The notes under the pieces are model-generated. The model was given only the letters and a program-made list of their open reading frames with translations, ran no database searches and was not told the DNA's origin. Both the position numbers and the translations under genes were made by a program. DNA of 39,693 nucleotides from a virus. Location of the stretch: UHGV virus genome UHGV-0150678, one strand, 5' to 3'. Positions 17,875 to 27,843 of this stretch are shown one piece after another; positions within the stretch are counted from its first letter, which is position 1; every line of letters begins with the position of its first letter.

Positions 17875-19128
17875 ATGGCTAACCAATTAGCAAAAGACCT
17901 TGAAATCATGTTCGAAAACTACGTTGAAGGCTTTGAGGCCGCCTGCGTAGTTTCCCGTAACGCTAAAAAATTCCGTCCCGGTGATACAGCAATGCAGCGA
18001 GCAGGTGATGTTCTGTATCGTCCGCAGCATTACCACATGAACATTGAGGAAGGCCTCGACCTCAGCAGCAAAACGCCAACAGCACTGGTTCAGCGCCTTG
18101 TTCCTTCTGTGTTCAAGGAGCCTAAAAACATTCTGTACACTCTGGATGCGCGTGAAATGCGTGACCCGGAACATAAAACTGAAGCTGGTCGCGCCGCAGG
18201 TATGCGCCTTGCTGCACAGATTGACTCTGACCTGATTTCCATGGTCACGCAGCGTGCTACTAACGTGATCACAATGGCTGACTCAACCACTGGTTCACAG
18301 GGCCGTGATTTGTGGAACTGTGCGGCAGGTATTGATGCCACCATGACGGCGATTGGTGTACCGCAGGGTATCAACCGTCGCTCTTTCTGGAACCCCTTCA
18401 ACTACAAAGACCTTGCTGGCGAGCTTGGTCACCGTGCCTACGCTCAGGGCGCAACCCTGACAGCATACGAAAAAGCGCAGATCCCTCCGATTGCTTCCTT
18501 TGATAGCTACAAGACCGATATTTCTGGTCGTGTTCCGAAAGGGACTGCGACTTCCATTACGCTGGCGGCCGAACCTGCGCACAAGGTTGAAGCGAAAGAC
18601 GCCAACGATATGCCAGTGGATAACCGACAGGGGACCATTACGGTATCTGCATCTGGTTTGCAGGTTGGCGATGCATTTACCATTGCAGGGGTGAATTCTG
18701 TACACCAGATCACCAAAGACACCACCGGGCAGCCGCAGGTATTCCGCGTTCTGGCAGTTAGCGGAACGACAGTAACTATCTCCCCGAAAATTTTGCCGCC
18801 TGACAACGCGGATGTCGCCAGCCGTCCATATGCAAACGTTGATGCTAACGCGGCAAATGGTGCAGCAATTACCATTCTCAACAAAAATGCCGCACCGGCT
18901 AACCTGTTCTGGGCTGATGGTTCTGTTGAACTGATGTACGGCAAACTGGCATTCCCGACTGGTCAGGGGCCACAGGTAATGACAGCAACCACCGAGCAGG
19001 GCGCTACGCTGATCATGTCTTACGCCTTCGACCACATCAAAGGCGTAACCACTGCACGTTTCACCACTCTGTACGGTTGCTCTGTACTGGTTCCTGAATA
19101 TACGGGCATCGTTATTGCCGGGCAGTAA
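17875..19128 (+). CDS. Major coat protein (P22 gp5-like)
   Basis: 417 aa in the position and size expected for a P22-like coat; followed by a strong terminator. Confidence 0.9.
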   Translation: MANQLAKDLEIMFENYVEGFEAACVVSRNAKKFRPGDTAMQRAGDVLYRPQHYHMNIEEGLDLSSKTPTALVQRLVPSVFKEPKNILYTLDAREMRDPEHKTEAGRAAGMRLAAQIDSDLISMVTQRATNVITMADSTTGSQGRDLWNCAAGIDATMTAIGVPQGINRRSFWNPFNYKDLAGELGHRAYAQGATLTAYEKAQIPPIASFDSYKTDISGRVPKGTATSITLAAEPAHKVEAKDANDMPVDNRQGTITVSASGLQVGDAFTIAGVNSVHQITKDTTGQPQVFRVLAVSGTTVTISPKILPPDNADVASRPYANVDANAANGAAITILNKNAAPANLFWADGSVELMYGKLAFPTGQGPQVMTATTEQGATLIMSYAFDHIKGVTTARFTTLYGCSVLVPEYTGIVIAGQ

Positions 19129-19133
19129 TTTTG

Positions 19134-19158
19134 GTGGGGCTTCGGCCCCATTTTTATT
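19134..19158 (+). terminator. Rho-independent terminator after the coat gene
   Basis: GGGGC-TTCG-GCCCC followed by ATTTTTATT. Confidence 0.7.
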
Positions 19159-19169
19159 GGGAGAAGACA

Positions 19170-19358
19170 ATGGCACGAACAATGCTCTATAAGCCTGGCA
19201 ACATGATCACCTGTGGTCAGTTTGCTGTCGATTACATCATTGTTGATGACGAAGAAGTTAAATCTCACCTGAAAAAAGGCTGGGTAAAAACTCCTGAAGA
19301 AACCGCAACGAAGCAAAAAGTGGCTAAGGCGGAAGAAGATGGCGAAAACGAAGGGTGA
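19170..19358 (+). CDS. Small hypothetical protein (62 aa, MARTMLYKPGNMITCGQFAVDY...)
   Basis: Internal ATG of track ORF 19131-19358, with GGAGAAG upstream. Confidence 0.5.
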   Translation: MARTMLYKPGNMITCGQFAVDYIIVDDEEVKSHLKKGWVKTPEETATKQKVAKAEEDGENEG

Positions 19359-19800
19359 TCTCGTTCTTAAGGCTTTACGAAAAGCCGGGCTGTATTCCAA
19401 TGCCACGTTGACAGATGCTGACCCTCAGGCAATTGAAGATGCCATTAATGACCTCGAAGACATGATGGCAGCATGGCAGGCTAAAGGTATCGAGCTTGGG
19501 TATCAGTTTGCTGATACAGAAAACGGCATCATGCCGTTACCTGACGATGATTCAGGTATCCCTGCATGGGCAAATGATGGCGTCGCTTTGAAACTCGCTG
19601 TGCAAGTGTGCATGGATAACGTCATTCAGCCGTCAGACGCTCTCCTTACCGCTGCTGACAGTGCATATCAGACAATCTGTATCGCTTTAACCAAAATACC
19701 ACCACTTGAGCGACGAAATGACATGCCTCGCGGTAGTGGTAACAAAAGCGCGTTTACGTGGAATCGGTTTTACATCGAGAAAGATGATCCGAGTACGTGA
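19339..19800 (+). CDS. Head completion / tail adaptor protein (P22 gp4-like)
   Basis: 153 aa in the gene order coat-gp4-gp10-gp26. Confidence 0.7.
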   Translation: MAKTKGDLVLKALRKAGLYSNATLTDADPQAIEDAINDLEDMMAAWQAKGIELGYQFADTENGIMPLPDDDSGIPAWANDGVALKLAVQVCMDNVIQPSDALLTAADSAYQTICIALTKIPPLERRNDMPRGSGNKSAFTWNRFYIEKDDPST

Positions 19801-19809
19801 GGTGAATAA

Positions 19810-21228
19810 ATGCCGATTCAGCAACTTCCGCTTATGAAAGGTGTCGGCAAAGACTTTCGAAACGCCGACTATATCGACTATCTGCCAGTAAATATGTTGG
19901 CTACACCCAAAGAAATCCTTAACAGCAGCGGATATCTTCGCTCATTCCCGGGCATTGCAAAACGTTCTGATGTGAACGGTGTATCTCGAGGCGTCGAGTA
20001 CAACATGGCGCAGAATGCTGTTTATCGCGTGTGTGGTGGCAAGCTGTACAAAGGAGAAAGTGAAGTCGGTGATGTTGCCGGAAGTGGTCGCGTATCAATG
20101 GCGCATGGTCGGACATCACAGGCGGTAGGCGTTAATGGTCAACTTTTCGAGTATCGCTATGATGGCACGGTTAAAACCGTCTCAAACTGGCCTGCAGACA
20201 GCGGATTTACGCAGTATGAATTAGGTTCGGTTCGTGACATTACTCGCTTACGTGGGCGTTATGCGTGGTCAAAAGACGGTACTGATTCATGGTTTATCAC
20301 TGATCTTGAAGACGAATCGCATCCTGACCGCTACAGCGCACAATATCGGGCAGAATCACAGCCTGACGGCATCATCGGCATCGGAACATGGCGAGACTTC
20401 ATCGTCTGCTTTGGCTCATCGACGATTGAATATTTCTCCCTGACTGGTGCAACCACAGTTGGTGCTGCTTTGTATGTCGCACAGCCATCGCTGATGGTGC
20501 AGAAAGGCATTGCCGGGACTTACTGCAAAACGCCGTTTGCTGATTCGTATGCGTTCATCAGCAATCCGGCAACAGGTGCGCCGTCTGTGTACATCATCGG
20601 TTCCGGTCAGGTGTCACCAATCGCCAGCGCGAGCATTGAGAAAATCCTCCGCTCCTACACTGCTGATGAACTGGCTGATGGTGTGATGGAATCGCTGCGA
20701 TTTGATGCTCATGAGTTGCTGATTATCCACCTTCCGCGCCATGTTCTCGTGTACGACGCATCTTCAAGCGCCAATGGTTCGCAATGGTGTGTGTTGAAAA
20801 CTGGCTTGTATGACGATGTGTACCGCGCTATCGACTTCATTTACGAAGGCAATCAGATAACGTGCGGCGATAAGCTGGAATCCGTGACCGGGAAATTGCA
20901 GTTCGATATCAGCAGCCAGTACGACAAGCAGCAGGAACACCTGCTGTTTACTCCGTTGTTCAAAGCGGATAACGCCAGAGTTTTCGACCTTGAAGTTGAA
21001 TCGTCAACTGGAGTTGCGCAGTATGCTGACCGCCTTTTTCTCTCTGCAACCACTGACGGCATCAATTACGGGCGTGAGCAGATGATTGAGCAGAATGAAC
21101 CGTTCGTTTACGACAAACGCGTTTTGTGGAAGCGGGTCGGACGCATCAGGAAAAATGTCGGCTTCAAATTGCGCGTTATCACTAAGTCACCTGTCACTCT
21201 CTCAGGCTGCCAGATAAGGATTGAGTAA
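19810..21228 (+). CDS. Packaged-DNA stabilisation / tail hub protein (P22 gp10-like)
   Basis: 472 aa, N-terminus [48 protein letters not shown] matches P22 gp10 as I recall it. Confidence 0.85.
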   Translation: MPIQQLPLMKGVGKDFRNADYIDYLPVNMLATPKEILNSSGYLRSFPGIAKRSDVNGVSRGVEYNMAQNAVYRVCGGKLYKGESEVGDVAGSGRVSMAHGRTSQAVGVNGQLFEYRYDGTVKTVSNWPADSGFTQYELGSVRDITRLRGRYAWSKDGTDSWFITDLEDESHPDRYSAQYRAESQPDGIIGIGTWRDFIVCFGSSTIEYFSLTGATTVGAALYVAQPSLMVQKGIAGTYCKTPFADSYAFISNPATGAPSVYIIGSGQVSPIASASIEKILRSYTADELADGVMESLRFDAHELLIIHLPRHVLVYDASSSANGSQWCVLKTGLYDDVYRAIDFIYEGNQITCGDKLESVTGKLQFDISSQYDKQQEHLLFTPLFKADNARVFDLEVESSTGVAQYADRLFLSATTDGINYGREQMIEQNEPFVYDKRVLWKRVGRIRKNVGFKLRVITKSPVTLSGCQIRIE

Positions 21229-21929
21229 TGGTTGATTCATCACTGAATGATCCTGTCGTGGTTCAGGCTACGCGCCTTGATGCTTCAATTTTGCCACGCA
21301 ATATATTCAGCCAGTCTTACCTGCTGTATGTCATAAATCAGGGAGCTGATGTCGGTGCAATTGCTGGGAAGGCAAATCAGGCTGGTCAGGGCGCTTACGA
21401 TGCCCAGGTAAAAAACGATGAACAGGACGTAGAACTGGCTGATCACGACGCAAGAATCACCGCAAACACAAAAGCGATAAATCTCCTTGAGGTCAGGTTA
21501 ACAACCGCCGAAGGGAAGATAGTCGTACTGCGTAGCGATGTTGATTACTTGCTGGATGAGGTTATCGATATTCAGGGGCATCTGGTCACTGTTGACCAAA
21601 GACTGGATGACGTAGAAAACGATGTCTCTGGCATTAAGAGTGATTACGTATCGAAAACCGTAACAGAATTGCAGTCTCTTGCGTCACCGCTGGATGTAAA
21701 AACATCATATTCAGTTGATGGAATTCAGGTTGTTGGAGCAAGAAATACCGGATGGACTGCAGCCACAGGTACACCTCTTCTTGGCTCATTCAACGCTAAC
21801 CAGTCATACACAGTCGGCACTACGTACACACAATCCGAAGTCGCAGCCCTCGCTACAGGTTTGCAGCAGGCGCGGCAGCGTATTCTGGCGCTTGAAACGG
21901 CACTTAGATTACATGGGCTGATTGACTGA
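21228..21929 (+). CDS. Tail needle protein (P22 gp26-like)
   Basis: 233 aa; N-terminus [30 protein letters not shown] and C-terminus [13 protein letters not shown] match P22 gp26. Confidence 0.9.
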   Translation: MVDSSLNDPVVVQATRLDASILPRNIFSQSYLLYVINQGADVGAIAGKANQAGQGAYDAQVKNDEQDVELADHDARITANTKAINLLEVRLTTAEGKIVVLRSDVDYLLDEVIDIQGHLVTVDQRLDDVENDVSGIKSDYVSKTVTELQSLASPLDVKTSYSVDGIQVVGARNTGWTAATGTPLLGSFNANQSYTVGTTYTQSEVAALATGLQQARQRILALETALRLHGLID

Positions 21930-22384
21930 TGATTACATTCAAACCAACGCGAAACATCGACCTGATAGAAGCCGTAGGAAATCACCCTGACATTATCGCC
22001 GGGAGCAACAACGGTGATGGATACGACTACAAACCTGAATGCCGTTACTTTGAGGTGAACGTGCACGGGCAGTTCGGCGGAATTGTTTACTATCAGGAGA
22101 TTCAGCCGCTGACCTTTGATTGCCACGCCATGTACCTGCCAGAGATTCGCGGCTTCAGCAAGGAAATCGGGCTGGCGTTCTGGCGATACATTCTGACTAA
22201 CACCACCGTTCAGTGCGTCACATCGTTCGCTGCACGCAAATTCCGCCACGGGCAGATGTACTGCGCAATGATTGGCCTTAAGCGTGTAGGAACCATCAAG
22301 AAATACTTCAAAGGCGTGGATGACGTGACGTTTTACAGCGCCACACGCGAAGAACTAATCGACTTCCTGAAGCACGGGAGATAG
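21929..22384 (+). CDS. P22 gp14-like virion assembly protein
   Basis: 151 aa in the gp26-gp14-gp7 order. Confidence 0.6.
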   Translation: MITFKPTRNIDLIEAVGNHPDIIAGSNNGDGYDYKPECRYFEVNVHGQFGGIVYYQEIQPLTFDCHAMYLPEIRGFSKEIGLAFWRYILTNTTVQCVTSFAARKFRHGQMYCAMIGLKRVGTIKKYFKGVDDVTFYSATREELIDFLKHGR

Positions 22385-22386
22385 CC

Positions 22387-23079
22387 ATGTTATATGCATT
22401 TAAGCTGGGCAGAAAACTGCGCGGCGAGGAACCTTATTGCCCTGAAAAAGGCGGGAAAGGTGGCAGTTCTGATAAAAGCGCAAAGTATGCAGCAGAAGCT
22501 CAGAAGTATGCCGCAGACCTGCAAAATCAGCAGTTCAACACCATCATGAACAACCTGAAACCGTTTACTCCTCTGGCTGAGAAGTATGTCGGCAGCCTCG
22601 AGAACTTATCGTCTCTGGAGGGGCAAGGTCAGGCACTTAACCAGTATTACAACTCTCAGCAGTACAAAGATCTTGCTGGTCAGGCTCGCTATCAGAGTCT
22701 GGCGGCAGCGGAAGCAACAGGTGGATTGGGTTCCACCGCAACCAGTAATCAGTTAGCAACAATCGCACCAACGCTTGGTCAGCAATGGCTATCTGGACAA
22801 ATGAACAATTACAACAACCTGGCAAATATCGGTCTTGGCGCTCTTCAGGGACAGGCAAACGCCGGGCAAACATATGCCAACAACATGAGTCAGATTTCAC
22901 AGCAAAGCGCGGCGCTGGCTGCGGCAAACGCCAACCGACCGTCAGCATTTCAGCAGGGGGTTAGTGGTGCTGCATCCGGTGCACTTTTGGGTGGTGGCAT
23001 AGCCAGTGCTCTCGAGCTATCAACTCCGTGGGGTGCTGGTATCGGTGCTGGTCTTGGTCTGCTTGGCTCGTTGTTTTAA
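22387..23079 (+). CDS. Ejection (internal virion) protein, P22 gp7-like
   Basis: 230 aa, Gln/Ala/Gly-rich with a hydrophobic Gly-rich C-terminus. Confidence 0.8.
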   Translation: MLYAFKLGRKLRGEEPYCPEKGGKGGSSDKSAKYAAEAQKYAADLQNQQFNTIMNNLKPFTPLAEKYVGSLENLSSLEGQGQALNQYYNSQQYKDLAGQARYQSLAAAEATGGLGSTATSNQLATIAPTLGQQWLSGQMNNYNNLANIGLGALQGQANAGQTYANNMSQISQQSAALAAANANRPSAFQQGVSGAASGALLGGGIASALELSTPWGAGIGAGLGLLGSLF

Positions 23080-23089
23080 GGGGTAATCA

Positions 23090-24505
23090 ATGGCTACGTG
23101 GCAACAGGGTATTAATTCTGGTGGGTTTCTTGCTGGCATCGGTGCGCAAAATGAGAATGCGCCAAAGGCAAGCGACATTAACGCAACGCTTGGTCTGATC
23201 CGCGAAAACAATGAACTGGCTCGCTCAGGTGCAAATAACGTTGGTCTGACCGCGTTACGTGGTCTGGCTGGAGTTGCTGATATTTATAAGCAGGAACAGC
23301 AACAGAAAGCGATTAATGCGTTCAATAAGGTTCATGCTGATGCATGGGCTTCTGGTGATCCATCGGGACTATTTAAGTTTGCCCAGGAAAATCCAGCGTT
23401 TGTTGCACAGGCACAACAGGCATTTTCCGGTCTTAATGAGCAGCAACGCAACGATGTGGGCGATTTAGCCATGAGGGCTAACGTCGCTCTTTCTCAGGGA
23501 CCGGAAGCCTACAGTAAATTCATTACTGATAACAAGGACAGGTTAAATCGCGTGGGGGCGAATGCTGACTGGATGATTCAGACAGGTATTCAGAATCCAG
23601 AGCAGCTATCACACATGCTGACTACTATGTCTCTCGGTGCACTTGGGCCAGAAAAGGCGTTTGCTGTTCAGGACAAGATAGCTGGTCGTGAGATTGACCG
23701 AGGTAGGCTGGCAGAGACAATCCGCAGCAATCAGGCTGGAGAAGCACTTCAGGCGAGAGGGCAAAACCTTTCCTATCAGTCAGCAATGACTGGACACAAT
23801 ATCGCAGCACAACGCTTGGCTCTGGATCAGCAAGAGTTCGGGTTTAAGATGCAGCAAGCACAGGAAAAGGCTCAGCAGTTGATTAGCGAAGCACCTAAGC
23901 TGTCAGTAAACATGGAAAAAGGCATCGAGACGGCTGTAAACAATGCTACAGCATCATCAAACTCAGCCAATTCCATGAGTGCGCTTGCTCAACAGTTCAG
24001 AGCAGAAAAACCAACGACAGGTTTGTTCGGTAACGCACAGAACATGTTCGCAAAACTTACCGGAAGCGATACAACATTGCGTGATTTGCGCATCCGCCAA
24101 AATGCCCTTGTTAACAGTCAGGTTCTTAAATTCCTACCTCCCGGCCCCGCAACGGATAAAGACGTTGAGATCGTTCGGCAGGGTGCACCAACTGACATGG
24201 ATAACCCTGAGACGGTCGCAAGATGGCTTGATGCGATGGCAAACCTTGAGCGACGAAACGCGCAGTTTAATGAGTTTAAAGCCGAGTGGATGAGCGCGAA
24301 TGGCAATCCAGGACAATCGCGTAATGGCGGTCAGATATTGGGGTTGGATGTTAAAAAAGGTGAATCATTGGGGAGTGCCGTTAAGCGGTATATGTCAATG
24401 AATACTGACGCAGCGCCAGCACAAGATTCGACACCTTCAGGAGAACCACGGAATCAGGTTGGATCATATACCTCAAAATCAGGCATTCAATTTACGGTGG
24501 AATGA
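23090..24505 (+). CDS. Ejection protein, P22 gp20-like
   Basis: 471 aa, same length and position as P22 gp20. Confidence 0.8.
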   Translation: MATWQQGINSGGFLAGIGAQNENAPKASDINATLGLIRENNELARSGANNVGLTALRGLAGVADIYKQEQQQKAINAFNKVHADAWASGDPSGLFKFAQENPAFVAQAQQAFSGLNEQQRNDVGDLAMRANVALSQGPEAYSKFITDNKDRLNRVGANADWMIQTGIQNPEQLSHMLTTMSLGALGPEKAFAVQDKIAGREIDRGRLAETIRSNQAGEALQARGQNLSYQSAMTGHNIAAQRLALDQQEFGFKMQQAQEKAQQLISEAPKLSVNMEKGIETAVNNATASSNSANSMSALAQQFRAEKPTTGLFGNAQNMFAKLTGSDTTLRDLRIRQNALVNSQVLKFLPPGPATDKDVEIVRQGAPTDMDNPETVARWLDAMANLERRNAQFNEFKAEWMSANGNPGQSRNGGQILGLDVKKGESLGSAVKRYMSMNTDAAPAQDSTPSGEPRNQVGSYTSKSGIQFTVE

Positions 24506-26343
24506 TGAAAGTAACTGCAAACGGTAAGACATTTACCTTTCCTGATGGTACGAGCACCGAAGATATTGGCACCGCCATTGATGAGTATTTTGCTGGTCAG
24601 GCTGTTCAGCAACAAACAGTTAATCAGGCCAATAATGCACCAACACGGGAAGAACCATCATTGATGCAACAAGCTGGTGATTGGCTCACAGGTGGTCAAA
24701 GTGCAGGGCAAATTGCAGAACAGGCTGGTCGTGGTCTGGTAAACATACCATTTGACGTATTGCAGGGTGGCGCAAGTCTGATTAATGCAATCAGCCAGGG
24801 GCTTGGTGGCCCCAAGGTTTTGGATGATGTTTATCGCCCTGTCGAGCGACCGACAGACCCTTATGCGCAAGCTGGAGAAACAATTGGCGGGTATTTAGTT
24901 CCAGGAGTTGGAACGGCAGGAAGCATGGCTATTGGATCACTGGCAGAGGCCGCAAATCAGAAAGGCGATTTCGCACAAAATGCAGCTAAAAATGCCGGAG
25001 TTAACCTTGCCGCTCAGGGTGTTCTTTCCGCAGCAGCAAAGGGAATAGGGCGTGGAATAACGGCTATAAAAGGTGATATTGCGCCAGAAGTGGCGAAGAA
25101 AATTGCCACATCAGAATCGATGGGCGTGACACCAATGACATCTGATGTTATCCCGCCGAAAAATGCTTTCACTCGCGGACTTACTCAGGATGCTGAGGGG
25201 GCTTTGCTCGGGACAGGCTCAAAGCGAGCTGAGCAATATGCAACGCGTAGTAAGCTGGTAAGCAATTATTTTGACCGTTTTGGTGAGTACAACCCTGATG
25301 ATGTGGTGAAATCTCTTACCACCACGTTAAGGGGGCGGAAGGATGCCGCTGGCGCTGTTATCAATGACGTCACCAATAAAATGGGTAATGCCGCAGTTGA
25401 TACCACAAATACCATGAATGCTCTGAATACAGCGATCGCAAGACAGGAACGGCTTGGGACGTCTGCCAATCAAAGCCTGCTTACATCCTTGCGTAACCTG
25501 CGTGAAGAATTAGCAAACCCTGCAACTGATTTGGATGTTACGTTTGATCTCTTGCGTCAGCACAGAACAGCATTTAGATCTAATGTTCAGGGAGATGCTA
25601 TGGTCTTCCCCAACCAGGCAAAAGCAGCTACCAATATGGTAGAGAATGCAATGTCAAAAGACCTTCGTAACGCAGTTGCAAAAAACCTCGGTGCGTCAGA
25701 CGCAGCAAAATACCTTAAAGCAAATTCCGATTATGCAAACGTTTATAATAAGGTGCTTAATAAAAACATTGCTAACAAGCTCAACAAGGCAAGCAGTGAA
25801 GCCAGTCCTGAACTTATAAATACTGTTGTATTAAGCAGAAAACCATCTGACGTGAAACGAATCTGGAGCGCATTGGATGATAAAGGGAAAGATGCTATGC
25901 GTGCAGCTTACGTCAGCAAAATAGCGGAAAAGGCCGGGGACTCTCCAGCCAAGTTCATCACTGAAGTTAATAAGCTGAAATCTCAGTCAGGCGGTGAAAT
26001 TTACAACACTATTTTTTCTGGAAAGCACATGAAAGAGCTTGATGCTCTTCATGAAGTTCTACAGCAAACAGCAAGGTCAGACACCGCAAATGTAGTAACT
26101 CAGACGGGGCAATCGCAAGCCAACAGGATAAGGACGATTGGCGCAACTGCGACCCTTGGCGTATCAATGGGGCTTGAGGCTGGTTTTGGTGCAATGATGC
26201 GCTTGTATGAGTCCAAAGCAGCAAGGAATGCTCTCTTACGTCTGGCAAACACTAAAGCTGGAACGCCAGCCTATGAAAGAGCGTTGAGTAACGCTGCAAA
26301 TGCCATCAGGCCGCTGCTTGCTACTGAGGCAACACAGCAGTAA
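24502..26343 (+). CDS. Ejection protein, P22 gp16-like
   Basis: 613 aa following gp20; position and size match P22 gp16. Confidence 0.8.
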   Translation: MMKVTANGKTFTFPDGTSTEDIGTAIDEYFAGQAVQQQTVNQANNAPTREEPSLMQQAGDWLTGGQSAGQIAEQAGRGLVNIPFDVLQGGASLINAISQGLGGPKVLDDVYRPVERPTDPYAQAGETIGGYLVPGVGTAGSMAIGSLAEAANQKGDFAQNAAKNAGVNLAAQGVLSAAAKGIGRGITAIKGDIAPEVAKKIATSESMGVTPMTSDVIPPKNAFTRGLTQDAEGALLGTGSKRAEQYATRSKLVSNYFDRFGEYNPDDVVKSLTTTLRGRKDAAGAVINDVTNKMGNAAVDTTNTMNALNTAIARQERLGTSANQSLLTSLRNLREELANPATDLDVTFDLLRQHRTAFRSNVQGDAMVFPNQAKAATNMVENAMSKDLRNAVAKNLGASDAAKYLKANSDYANVYNKVLNKNIANKLNKASSEASPELINTVVLSRKPSDVKRIWSALDDKGKDAMRAAYVSKIAEKAGDSPAKFITEVNKLKSQSGGEIYNTIFSGKHMKELDALHEVLQQTARSDTANVVTQTGQSQANRIRTIGATATLGVSMGLEAGFGAMMRLYESKAARNALLRLANTKAGTPAYERALSNAANAIRPLLATEATQQ

Positions 26344-26367
26344 CGTATGGGAAATTGGATTCAATCG

Positions 26368-26757
26368 CTAACATTTTCTTTTTACTTTTCCAACAAAAGC
26401 TTTGGTTGAATCCATATTTCCATAACCGGAAATGGTTTTTGACATTAAAACTGTTCCAGTAGGATGTATTACCCATGAGTCGATAACGCGTTGAGTTTCG
26501 CCATTCGCGCCGATTCCTATGATGGAGTTTTTAGACAATGCTTTGTAAGCCATGCCGCCCGCATCTGTCCCAGAATATGTGATGCTGGCATCTTCACCGT
26601 TTGTCTTAATGATGAATGTTCCACTAAAACCATCTTCTTCCGGATGGAAATTATTTCGTTCTGAATAGCTTATTCCGCGCATATCTCCAACGACCCAGCA
26701 CTCTGCTGTAGCCCCAAAAGATATGAATAAGAACATAGCAGTAAGAAATTGCTTCAC
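26368..26757 (-). CDS. Secreted (signal-peptide) hypothetical protein in the sieA slot
   Basis: GTG start with AAGGAGG about 5 nt upstream; N-terminus MKQFLTAMFLFISFGATA-EC looks like a Sec signal peptide. The track ORF (to 26973) has a longer upstream extension that I do not use. Confidence 0.55.
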   Translation of the reverse strand: MKQFLTAMFLFISFGATAECWVVGDMRGISYSERNNFHPEEDGFSGTFIIKTNGEDASITYSGTDAGGMAYKALSKNSIIGIGANGETQRVIDSWVIHPTGTVLMSKTISGYGNMDSTKAFVGKVKRKC

Positions 26758-26787
26758 ACCAACCTCCTTAGTTTTGCGCAGGATACC

Positions 26788-27153
26788 ATGAAAAAAGTTA
26801 ACATTGGAAACGTACCAAAGATGCTCGTTCCGCTCTTTGAGAGCGGTACAATTGTGTTTTGTAGAGACTTTCCAGAATGGCAACGCCTGCATCAAAAACT
26901 TGGCGTTGACGTGCATGACTCGGACGCCAACGGAGCGTCTCATACAATGAGTAGCGAGAATGGTGTTTTGCATGTGATAGGCGTGTTCAATGGCAAACTA
27001 TCTACTATTGCCCATGAGTGCGCTCATATGGCATTCGATATCTGCTCAAGGGTAGGTGTTGATGTTGAACCAGGAAGAGCCAACGAGACTTACTGCTACT
27101 TAATGAGCAGGCTTGTTGAGTTCTGCGAGCGACATATCAGAAAGCCGGAGTGA
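26788..27153 (+). CDS. HExxH-motif protein (putative small zinc metallopeptidase-like)
   Basis: Internal ATG with AGGA upstream; motif AHECAHMAFD. Divergent from the secreted-protein gene. Confidence 0.5.
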   Translation: MKKVNIGNVPKMLVPLFESGTIVFCRDFPEWQRLHQKLGVDVHDSDANGASHTMSSENGVLHVIGVFNGKLSTIAHECAHMAFDICSRVGVDVEPGRANETYCYLMSRLVEFCERHIRKPE

Positions 27154-27166
27154 CCCGGCTTGATTA

Positions 27167-27346
27167 TTACTTTTTGCTGTCTGGAGTTCGCTTATCCAAT
27201 ACCCAGCCATGACCTGGCTTTGTTGTTGGTGGAAGCCTTTCGTTGTCCTTGACGGTTGCAAAATTGTCTTTCTTACCGCCGCGTGGGCCAACTTCTTGGT
27301 ATATTCCGCCGTTTTTTCCTGTGTTTTCACCTGGTTTTTTCGCCAT
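27167..27346 (-). CDS. YjzC-like small protein (59 aa)
   Basis: MAKKPGENTGKNGGIYQEVGPRGG...TTKPGHGWVL resembles small YjzC-family proteins; GAGGT upstream; downstream of mnt on the same strand. A hairpin at about 27135-27155 lies between the convergent genes. Confidence 0.5.
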   Translation of the reverse strand: MAKKPGENTGKNGGIYQEVGPRGGKKDNFATVKDNERLPPTTKPGHGWVLDKRTPDSKK

Positions 27347-27445
27347 GATATACCTCAACATACACCCGTTATTGGGCGATTAAATATTGATCTCATTTTG
27401 TAAGTAGTCAATATGGCCCAGGTAAATGCAAAAATTAACCCACCT

Positions 27446-27697
27446 TCAGGTGGGTTTTTTGTACAAATCCTTCAGCGTATCAAACACCATCTTCTTAACA
27501 AGCTCTGACTGCTCATCAGCGATGCGTTCCGCATCGTCTCGATAGCCTGAAATTTTGGATGGCTTTGATACAGCATCAGTCACTATCTGAACTAATTCTG
27601 AATTAAGAGAGCGGCCATTGGATTTGGCTCGCTGTTTTAGTTTTTCCTTTAATTCGTAAGGTAGCCGCAGATTAAATTGCGGGTCATCTCTTCCCAT
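27446..27697 (-). CDS. mnt: Mnt repressor (ribbon-helix-helix, P22 immI type)
   Basis: 83 aa; C-terminal region YRDDAERIADEQSELVKKMVFDTLKDLYKK matches P22 Mnt closely. Confidence 0.9.
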   Translation of the reverse strand: MGRDDPQFNLRLPYELKEKLKQRAKSNGRSLNSELVQIVTDAVSKPSKISGYRDDAERIADEQSELVKKMVFDTLKDLYKKPT

Positions 27698-27760
27698 TCT
27701 TGATGCCTCGCTTTTGTGAGTGGATCGGCATCTTATTATCTGCTGGTTGCATCCTCAATA

Positions 27761-27775
27761 AGACCACAGTGGTCT
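27761..27775. promoter_or_regulatory. Candidate Mnt operator palindrome (AGACCAC-A-GTGGTCT)
   Basis: Perfect 7-bp inverted repeat between mnt and the tailspike gene, similar in form to the P22 Omnt site; a second CCACAGTG-like half-site near 27797-27810. Confidence 0.5.
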
Positions 27776-27843
27776 CTTTGTTTGATTAATAATGCATCAC
27801 TGTGGCAATGCTGCGGCGATTCCTTGTATCTGGAGCAAATTAA

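Noticed and set aside
26758..26973. Longer 201-aa version of the secreted-protein ORF
   Set aside because: The extension would run across the divergent HExxH gene start and lacks an RBS, whereas the internal GTG has AAGGAGG upstream and begins a canonical signal peptide.
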